Below are positions 20,489 through 28,086 of a stretch of DNA of 64,000 nucleotides, piece after piece. A model generated the notes under the pieces. That model ran no database searches. It worked only from the letters and a program-made list of their open reading frames with translations, and was not told where the DNA came from. Source of the stretch: Candidatus Fermentibacterota bacterium (GTDB lineage: Bacteria; JAFGKV01); the NCBI GenBank assembly GCA_016928395.1, contig JAFGKV010000096.1, positions 1 to 64,000 on the forward strand. The letters run 5' to 3'. Made by a program: the position numbers and the translations under genes. Positions within the stretch are counted from its first letter, which is position 1; each line of letters starts with the position of its first letter.

Positions 20489-21661
20489 ATGGCTTCCGAG
20501 CACGTTGAATCAGAATCGATTCTGGTGGTCGACGACGAACCGCAGATCCGCTCGCTTCTGGGGCGCTTCCTGCGCAGGCGGGGCTCCACGGTACTGGAGG
20601 CGGGCTCCGGCGCAGAAGGACTGGCGCTCTTCCAGAAGCACTCACCGGCTGTGGTGATATCGGACATACGCATGCCAGGCATGGGTGGTTTCGACCTACT
20701 TAGGGCCGTCCGGAAGATCGACGCCGAGGTAGAGGTGGTCCTTATCACGGGGTATGGCGAGATCTCCGACGCGGTGGAAGCCATCCGCACTGGCGCTTCA
20801 GACTTCATCGCCAAACCCTTTGATCTTACCTTGGTGGACCATGCGGTGGACAGCTGCCTGGAACGAAGGCGCTACAAGGCGATGGCGCGGGGCTATACGC
20901 GCCGGCTCGAGGAGGAGGTGACCCGGCGAACGGAGGAGTTGGCACACGCGAACAGGGAACTGGAGAAGCTGGGCAAGACCCGGGAGGACTTCCTGGCCCT
21001 CATCTCCCACGAACTGCGGACGCCCCTGGCCGGCATGGGACTCGCAGAGCTGGCCTTTGAAGAGATAGACTCGTTGACGCGAGGACAGGTGCAGGAGATG
21101 CTCTCGGGGATCATTGAATCCTTCCGGCGCCTGCATGCCTTCTCGGAGCGAGCGCTGCTCTACTCGCGCCTCGCATCGGGCGGGCCGGTTCGGCGCAGGG
21201 AGGGGGTCGATTTCTCGGAGCTCGTTCACGACGAAGTCTCCCGTATCGCTAAGACCGCCGCCGACGCCGACATCTCCGTCCGTTGGGCCCCTTTCGCTGG
21301 GTCGATGACCACGAATGGCGATCCGGAACTCCTCCGATTCGTGATTCGCGCCCTTCTGGACAATGCCGTGAAACACAATCGGCGTGGAGGCTCGGCAGAA
21401 GTACACCTTGAACCCCGTGACGATGGGTTCGAGTTCTCCATCACGGATACCGGCGTAGGCATTCCTGGGGAGGCGATTGACAGGGTTTTCCGGCCACTGG
21501 ATTCGCCCGACATCCTGCACCGCCGCTCAGGAACCTCCCTCTCGCTAGCCATAAGCAGGTTGATCAGTCAACAGCACGGTATGCAGCTCTCATGCAGCAG
21601 CGAGGGCACCGGCAAGGGGGCGACATTCACTCTCACCTGTCCAGCACACCAATCGACATAG
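20489..21661 (+). CDS. Receiver - histidine kinase
   Basis: Receiver (VVDD, SDIRMP, KPF), SHELRTPL, DNAVKH and DTGVGI. G2 box altered to GTSLSL. Confidence 0.88.
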   Translation: MASEHVESESILVVDDEPQIRSLLGRFLRRRGSTVLEAGSGAEGLALFQKHSPAVVISDIRMPGMGGFDLLRAVRKIDAEVEVVLITGYGEISDAVEAIRTGASDFIAKPFDLTLVDHAVDSCLERRRYKAMARGYTRRLEEEVTRRTEELAHANRELEKLGKTREDFLALISHELRTPLAGMGLAELAFEEIDSLTRGQVQEMLSGIIESFRRLHAFSERALLYSRLASGGPVRRREGVDFSELVHDEVSRIAKTAADADISVRWAPFAGSMTTNGDPELLRFVIRALLDNAVKHNRRGGSAEVHLEPRDDGFEFSITDTGVGIPGEAIDRVFRPLDSPDILHRRSGTSLSLAISRLISQQHGMQLSCSSEGTGKGATFTLTCPAHQST

Positions 21662-21671
21662 CTCCATAGAA

Positions 21672-23480
21672 TCACGATCCCGGTGATTCGGGATCGCCTT
21701 CCAGGGCATAGCGAAGCCAAGTTCTGGCGTTCGAAGGCGTGACATCCGATCCCACAATCACGGGGACCTCGCCGGGAACCCGGAAGAGGCGGCGCATGCT
21801 GTTGGCCAGGAGGCATTTCGCAGAGGAATCAGCGCGATGTTCCGCGCCGGCGAACAGCACCACCACAGCCACAGCGACACCTCGAGGAACGGAAGCAACG
21901 AGAAGTCGCGCATCGATGATCCTCGACCCCGCGCTGTCAAACACCAGCAGATAGAGCGGCACCTGGCTCCCAGCCACAGCCCACGAAAGATCGTCTCCAA
22001 TGTTCCAACGATTGGTTCCCACGATTATCCACTCCGGTTCCGGCGCCTCAGGGTGGAGCAGGCAAGCCCATCTCTCGCCTTCAGGGATTGCCGACACTTG
22101 CCCCCTGATGCCGGCGATGGCATCCATGGTGTCGATTACCTGCGCGGGAGATGTGCCAAGAACGATGATGGGGGCTGTCTTCGGCGAGGGAACGATGGCA
22201 GCGATCTCCTCCGGCGTACCCCAGGTGCTGGCAAGGTCACCGCTCTTGATGAACACCTTGACGAAGTCGTGAAGCTCCCCCGGCGGCGCGGGCGGCTCGA
22301 GGGTCCTCCGCGGCGGCTCCCCGGGGACCGCATCGTCGCGAATCGCCATGATCACCTTGTCAACCACGGCCCGGTCAAGACTGATCGAACCAAGAGTGTG
22401 CATCGCGACCAGCTTCTTGACCGCGCCCTCCAGAGTTCGGACATCGCTGTCCAGAGCCGCGGCAAGGTAATCCAAGAGGTCGAAAGCGATGGGCCATCCG
22501 CTCTGCAATGCCTTGGTCTTCAAGATCGTCGCCCGGAGTGCGGCGTCAGGGGCGTCAACGCTCATCACCAATCCGGCCGCAAGACCCGTGGTAATCTCGT
22601 TGATGAGGGTTGAGACCTCCTCGGGGCGGCGGTCGCCGGAGATCACGATCTGCTTCTGCTGGCGGTACATCTCTGAGAACACCCCCGCGGCGACGGTCTG
22701 CAAGCTCGATGATACCGCCAGGAACTGGATGTCATCGATGAAGAGGGCATCACACTCCATGTAGCCCGCTCTCAGCCTCTCCACAGTCCTGTGCTCGTAG
22801 GCATCTATGATCTGCTGGCTGAATACTTCGGATGTGAGGTAAAGAATCCGTGTCTGGGAATTCCTGGAATACAGCTCGTTGGCCAGCGCGCACATGAGAT
22901 GGGTCTTGCCACGGCCCGGACCGCCGTACAAGAACAACGGGTTGTGCCGCCGGCCGAGGTTGTCCGCTACCGCCTTGGCGGCTTCCACGGCCCGGGAATT
23001 TCCCTTGCCCACCACGAAGGTACCGAAGGAATACCGTGACAGGCGCTCCAGGGCCGAAGCGTAGAAGGGGCCTTCAGTAGAAGGCTGGGTCATTGCGCGG
23101 AACTGGGCTCGTCGGCGCAGCAGTGCTCTGACACGTGCCAGGAACAGCTCAACATTGAAGGGCTTGACTAAGTAGTCGTCGGCGCCCAGTTCCAGACCTT
23201 TGATCTGGTCTTCTTCTTCCGCCTTGCCGCTCAGGATCATCAGCGGTGTGTGACCTACCACGGGATCTGACCGTAGCCGCCGGACCAGCTCAAAACCGTC
23301 AAGCCTGGGCATCATCACGTCAGTGATCACCGCGTCGGGATGCTCTCCCTGTACCGCGTACCAGCCCTTCTCGCCATCCTCGGCCGTCACCACCTCGAAG
23401 TGCTCTCGCTCAAGGACGCTGCTCAAGAGCCGCAGGATATGGGGGTCGTCATCAACTACGAGTATGCGATCGGCGGGCAC
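21672..23480 (-). CDS. Response-regulator receiver fused to a DnaA-type AAA+ domain and a C-terminal degenerate GTPase-like domain
   Basis: Receiver with D54 (TDVMMP). YSFGTFVVGKGN, NPLFLYGGPGRGKTHL, FIDDIQF, ISGDRRP and DVRTLEGA align with DnaA domain III. No RDHSTV domain IV. GTG start with AAGGAG. Confidence 0.88.
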   Translation of the reverse strand: MPADRILVVDDDPHILRLLSSVLEREHFEVVTAEDGEKGWYAVQGEHPDAVITDVMMPRLDGFELVRRLRSDPVVGHTPLMILSGKAEEEDQIKGLELGADDYLVKPFNVELFLARVRALLRRRAQFRAMTQPSTEGPFYASALERLSRYSFGTFVVGKGNSRAVEAAKAVADNLGRRHNPLFLYGGPGRGKTHLMCALANELYSRNSQTRILYLTSEVFSQQIIDAYEHRTVERLRAGYMECDALFIDDIQFLAVSSSLQTVAAGVFSEMYRQQKQIVISGDRRPEEVSTLINEITTGLAAGLVMSVDAPDAALRATILKTKALQSGWPIAFDLLDYLAAALDSDVRTLEGAVKKLVAMHTLGSISLDRAVVDKVIMAIRDDAVPGEPPRRTLEPPAPPGELHDFVKVFIKSGDLASTWGTPEEIAAIVPSPKTAPIIVLGTSPAQVIDTMDAIAGIRGQVSAIPEGERWACLLHPEAPEPEWIIVGTNRWNIGDDLSWAVAGSQVPLYLLVFDSAGSRIIDARLLVASVPRGVAVAVVVLFAGAEHRADSSAKCLLANSMRRLFRVPGEVPVIVGSDVTPSNARTWLRYALEGDPESPGS

Positions 23481-23580
23481 GGCAGCTCCTTATCTATCAG
23501 ATACAAGGCATGGCCACAGGTGGCGAGGGATTCACGGGGCACCTTAATGTGCGCCGTCTCCGCCTCGCCCACAAGATTGT

Positions 23581-23608
23581 GGAGTGCGGAGTGGGGAGTG
23601 GCGAGTGA
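23581..23608 (+). repeat. Four heptamer units (GGAGTGC/GGAGTGG/GGAGTGG/CGAGTGA), same family as the 49352 array
   Basis: Directly visible. Confidence 0.6.
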
Positions 23609-23666
23609 GGAAGGGTACATCACGGCGTGGGTGCGGCCCCCACAGGCGGGTGGGCCGGCCGCGTGC

Positions 23667-26600
23667 TCATGCCCCTTCCTTGCTCGACAACCCTGCCGAT
23701 CTCATGGCCGCGATGACCTCACCGAGCTGAGCCTCTGCGGCTGCGACCAGCGAGTCCGCCCGCCGGCCGTCTCCCGCGGCGCATGCCTGTTCGATTCGGG
23801 AAGCCGTGGCCATGATCGAGGCGGCGCCCACGGAGCCTGCCGCGCCCCTGAGGGTGTGCGCTGTGCGTGCCGCAGCGCGCAGGTCGGATCGACTCAGCGC
23901 CTCTCTCATCGCCGAGATCCGCCGAGGGACATCGTCGACGAACATTGCAGCAAGCTCGTTCGCCAGTGCCTCATCATCCATCGTGCGTTCCATCAGGCCC
24001 GTCAGATCGAACACGAGAGAGGGGGTGTCCGGCGGAGGTGGGATCCCTGCGGCTGCGACGTTGTCAGTTCGATTGACCCAGCGCTCGACGGCGGCGCGGA
24101 GTGCGCCGGGGGTGACCGGCTTGGCAATGTAGTCGTTCATCCCCGCCTGCAGGCATTGTTGCCGGTCGCTCTCCATGGCGTACGCGGTCATCGCTATGAT
24201 GGGGATGTCGTGCTTTAGAACAGAAGATGAAGGATCACGAATCGCCCGGCTCGCTTCATACCCATCCATCTGTGGCATCTGGCAGTCCATCAGCACAAGG
24301 TCATATGGGGCCGTCTCCAGTGCCCGGAGGGCCTCAAGACCGTTGGCGGCGACATCCACCCTGCAGCCGAGCTTCTCGAGAACTGCCGACGCCACTCGCT
24401 GGCTGGTGGCGTTGTCCTCAGCGACCAAGATGCGGCCCCCGCGTCGATCGGGTGCGTGGCTGCCGGCAGCAGACGCGACAGTGCCGTCAGGGCAGACGCC
24501 AAGCACCATCTCAAGGCTTTGGCGTAACTGCACCTGTCTGATCGGCTTCGTCAGGAAGGCGGAGAACTCCCCGGCCACCGCACGCGCATCCATCGTGACC
24601 TTCCCCAGCGACGAGAGCATGATCAGCATCGTGGCGCTGATCCGCGGATCTTCCTTGATTCGCTTCCCCAGCTCGAGCCCGTCCATCCCCGGCATCTGCA
24701 TGTCGATGAGCGCCACGGTGAACGGCTGTCCCTCCGTCTGGGCCTGCGTCAGGGCCTCGAGCGCTGCCGGGCCGTCGGCCACTTCGGCATGCGTGCACCC
24801 CCAGGATGCCAGAAGCACGGCCAGGAGCCGCCGATTGGTCTGATTGTCATCCACGACGAGAATGCGTGCACCCGCGATGTCGCCTGCGGGTGCCTCAGCG
24901 GCGGTGGGCGACGCGGTGGACTTCTCGAACACCACTGTGAACCAAAACACTGAACCCTGCCCCGGGTTGCTGGTCACGCCGATGTCCCCGCCCATCATCT
25001 CAGCGAGTCGTTTCGAGATGGACAACCCCAGGCCCGTGCCGCCGAACCGCCGCGTGGTCGAGGTGTCGGCCTGTCCGAACGGGCGGAACAGGAGCGGCAA
25101 CGCATCCGACGATATGCCGATGCCAGTGTCCTTGACCTCGAAACGAAGTGTCACCGAGGAAGGGGTCTCACTATCCACGTCGGCGTGTATCGATACTTCT
25201 CCCCGATCGGTGAACTTGACCGCATTGCCCGCCAAGTTGAGCAGGATTTGCCGGAGCCGCCCCGCGTCTCCCCGCACTATGCGCGGCACATCGGGCTCCA
25301 CCATGCTGATGAGTTCTATTCCCTTCCCGTGCGCATCGACCGCCAAGAGGGCCGCAGTCTCGTCCAGGACCGCATGGATATCGAAGTCCAGTACTTCCAG
25401 GTCCATCCGCCCGGCTTCGATCTTGGAGAAGTCAAGAACGTCATTGATGATGGCAAGCAGGCTTTCGCCGCTGGATCGTACGATCTCCGCGTACTCTCGC
25501 TGCTCGGGAGAGAGTGGAGTGTCGAGCAACACGCCTGCCATGCCGATCACGCCGTTCATGGGAGTGCGGATTTCGTGGCTCATGTTGGCAAGGAACGCGC
25601 TCTTGGCCTTGCTGGCCTCCTCCGCCATCACCGCCAGTTCGTTGGCGCGATCGCTGGCCCGTTCAAGTCTCTCATTGGTCACTTCCAGCTCGCGATTCGC
25701 CATGCGGAGCCGAATCTCCGCCCTCCTGCGCTCAGTGATGTCCGTGAGGATGCCGACCAGCCGCCTGACTACGCCATCGGCATCCACAATCGGGTTCAAT
25801 GCGGCGTGCCACGTCATGTCGCGACCATCGGGCCGCAGATAGGCCGACTCGAAGGAAACCTGCTCGCCCCGCGCGGCGCGCGTGAGCTCTGCCTCTATCA
25901 CCTCGCGGGTTGGTTCAGGCCACAGCTTTGGAAAGGCTTGGCCGAGGATGTCGTCCGTCGCCCACCCAAGGGCTGCGGCCCCGTTACGGTTGACCATAAG
26001 AAAGCGGCCGGTCGGATCGAGCAGCACCACGCAGTTCGGGGAGCCTTCCACGAGCCCTCGGTACCGTCTCTCCGAATCCCCGATCACAGTCGAGGTCTCC
26101 TGGGAGCGCTGCTGGACCGCGAAGAAGACCAGAATCAGTGCGGCGACCAGAAGCGTGATGAGAAGCGGGCCCATGCGACTCATGGCGATCACCTGCGCCC
26201 AGCGGGATGCATCTACATCCTGTCCGAGCACCCCCACAACCCGGCCCGAACGGTTCTGGACGATGGGCACGAGCCCGCTTACCCACGTGCCCCACCGGTC
26301 GGTGGCAGGCCCTTCGACGAACTCCTCACCGGTTCGGAAGACCTCTACCAACTCGGCGCTGGCTTCCTCGTATGTTTGGCCGGGGGGAGAGTAGTCCTCC
26401 GAACTCTCGGGCTCCGAATCGGCAAGGAAGATCACCTGGCGGTCACGCATCCCCATCAGGTAGGCGAACCGGCAGTCCGGGAAGGCCCTCCTCACGGCGA
26501 CGAGCTGCCGCTTCAGCCTCCCGTAGTCGGGACTGACGAGGTCGGCTTCGGTACCGGCCAACCGCAGGATCGAGTCAGCGTCTATGGCGGCGGCGGCCGT

Positions 26601-27410
26601 TCGGGTCACGGTCAGGATCACCCGGCGCTGGCCGTGGTCCGCCGCCCGTCCCGACTCCTGCGCGAGGATCCACCCAAGACCGAGGGTGATGACGAGGCCG
26701 CCCACGGCCACGCGGCTGATGCGTCCGGCGGCGCGGGCGGCCCGGTCGCCAAACGCGAGCCTGCGGAGCAGCCGGTACCGCCGGCAGAGCGCCCCAGCGA
26801 TCGCAAGCGCGAAGACCGCCCGCGCGAGTTGGATCGAGATTCCCGCGAGGGTGCCCGCGTCCGGGAGCGGGACAGCCATGGGCGGTCCCGCCACCGCGGC
26901 GAGGCCAAGCCCCGCCATCGCCACCGCCGCGATGCCGCTGCCCCGCGCCTCGTGGGGCAGCCCCAGGACGGGCGCACGCCACAGCAGCCATGCAGCGGCC
27001 AGCGTGGACACTGCGCCGAGGGAGTAGCGAATCGCGGCGTCAGGGTCGGCGGCCCCCATGCCGACGCTGCCGCATGCCAAAGCCAGCAGGACAAGATGAA
27101 CCCAGAAGCCCGGGCCGCGCTTCACGACGGAGGCGATCCCCGACCGGGCGAACTCCGCCAGGCACAGAAACGACACTGCATTCAGAAGTGGTCCAACAAC
27201 CGCCGACACGGGGGAGGGTTCGAGACTGGGCGTCAAGAGGCCAAGCCATTCGTGGAGCGCCTGAGAGAACCCGAAGAGTGCGCACCACTTCCATGGGAGG
27301 TGACTATCCGTTCGCGCCAGCGACCGTCCGATGACGCCGAGGCATGCAAATGCCAGCCCTGAGAGCAAAAGCAGGAAGTCCGTTTGGTGAGAGAGGAAGT
27401 CAACAATCAT
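23667..27410 (-). CDS. Unorthodox hybrid histidine kinase: multi-TM region, extracytoplasmic sensor, PAS, HisKA, HATPase, two receivers, Hpt
   Basis: FLANMSHEIRTPMNG, NLAGNAVKF, GGTGLGL, IDMQMP, MDCQMP and Hpt AHTLRGAAGSVGA. Start MIVDF chosen; the ORF is open to 27479. Confidence 0.93.
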   Translation of the reverse strand: MIVDFLSHQTDFLLLLSGLAFACLGVIGRSLARTDSHLPWKWCALFGFSQALHEWLGLLTPSLEPSPVSAVVGPLLNAVSFLCLAEFARSGIASVVKRGPGFWVHLVLLALACGSVGMGAADPDAAIRYSLGAVSTLAAAWLLWRAPVLGLPHEARGSGIAAVAMAGLGLAAVAGPPMAVPLPDAGTLAGISIQLARAVFALAIAGALCRRYRLLRRLAFGDRAARAAGRISRVAVGGLVITLGLGWILAQESGRAADHGQRRVILTVTRTAAAAIDADSILRLAGTEADLVSPDYGRLKRQLVAVRRAFPDCRFAYLMGMRDRQVIFLADSEPESSEDYSPPGQTYEEASAELVEVFRTGEEFVEGPATDRWGTWVSGLVPIVQNRSGRVVGVLGQDVDASRWAQVIAMSRMGPLLITLLVAALILVFFAVQQRSQETSTVIGDSERRYRGLVEGSPNCVVLLDPTGRFLMVNRNGAAALGWATDDILGQAFPKLWPEPTREVIEAELTRAARGEQVSFESAYLRPDGRDMTWHAALNPIVDADGVVRRLVGILTDITERRRAEIRLRMANRELEVTNERLERASDRANELAVMAEEASKAKSAFLANMSHEIRTPMNGVIGMAGVLLDTPLSPEQREYAEIVRSSGESLLAIINDVLDFSKIEAGRMDLEVLDFDIHAVLDETAALLAVDAHGKGIELISMVEPDVPRIVRGDAGRLRQILLNLAGNAVKFTDRGEVSIHADVDSETPSSVTLRFEVKDTGIGISSDALPLLFRPFGQADTSTTRRFGGTGLGLSISKRLAEMMGGDIGVTSNPGQGSVFWFTVVFEKSTASPTAAEAPAGDIAGARILVVDDNQTNRRLLAVLLASWGCTHAEVADGPAALEALTQAQTEGQPFTVALIDMQMPGMDGLELGKRIKEDPRISATMLIMLSSLGKVTMDARAVAGEFSAFLTKPIRQVQLRQSLEMVLGVCPDGTVASAAGSHAPDRRGGRILVAEDNATSQRVASAVLEKLGCRVDVAANGLEALRALETAPYDLVLMDCQMPQMDGYEASRAIRDPSSSVLKHDIPIIAMTAYAMESDRQQCLQAGMNDYIAKPVTPGALRAAVERWVNRTDNVAAAGIPPPPDTPSLVFDLTGLMERTMDDEALANELAAMFVDDVPRRISAMREALSRSDLRAAARTAHTLRGAAGSVGAASIMATASRIEQACAAGDGRRADSLVAAAEAQLGEVIAAMRSAGLSSKEGA

Positions 27411-27554
27411 GGGAGACCCCGCCACCTGACGTGCATGCCTCACTAGGGCACTCTGGGCGTGAGCCCTGGCCCATCCCATCGGCTACCAAGGAGACGGAAG
27501 CCAGTTCCATCGGCATTGCTCCCCACCGGTTGTGTTGCGCCATGACAGCCGGGG

Positions 27555-27588
27555 CGGCAATCGTGGGCGGATCGCCCGCCGATTGCCG
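27555..27588. other. GC-rich stem-loop in the divergent intergenic region
   Basis: CGGCAATCG-TGGGCG-GAT-CGCCCG-C-CGATTGCCG. Confidence 0.55.
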
Positions 27589-27847
27589 GTTCCGTTCCGA
27601 CGCAATCGGGGGCCTCGTTCAGTGTTCCAATGGTTCCGCGACGCGTCAGCGTACTCAGCGTACAAGGAAGCCCCGATCGCACGGTGGACGTGACGGCCAT
27701 GCCCCATCGGGCCCGTCAGCGGGCAGTGCACAGTGTCTGTTTAGTCCGGGTACCAAAGATACTGCCAGGCGGCGGCGACGCCAGATCCTTGGAGGCCCCC
27801 AGGATCCCGAGGTTCTCCGGCGGCCTGGGCAGCATCGGACCCTGCAC

Positions 27848-27875
27848 GACACTATTCTAATATTAGAATAGTGTC
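27848..27875. repeat. Perfect 28-bp AT-rich palindrome
   Basis: GACACTATTCTAAT/ATTAGAATAGTGTC is its own reverse complement. Confidence 0.95.
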
Positions 27876-28086
27876 CCGATTCTCTCATGCCCCCCGAGGA
27901 GGAGCCAGGAGTTTCGACAGTCCCCCGGCGTATCCTGCCCCACGGCGAAGGTTGCCCGCCTCTTGAGGCAGACGTATACTCCAGGGTCTCGAAAGCAGCC
28001 TTCGTTTCCCATGGCGACGGCGCGCGCCGGCCATCCGGGCCGACGCGCCGGCGAGGGACCCTCTGAACGAGGAGGCGCCAGGCATC

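Noticed and set aside
21672-23480. Second functional dnaA, Hda, or an NtrC-type sigma54 activator
   Set aside because: No domain IV and no DnaA-box cluster nearby. It lacks the Arg finger that Hda needs and has no GAFTGA motif or HTH.
27880-28080. Transposase remnant next to the 28-bp palindrome
   Set aside because: Only a vague resemblance in one frame and no catalytic motif could be identified
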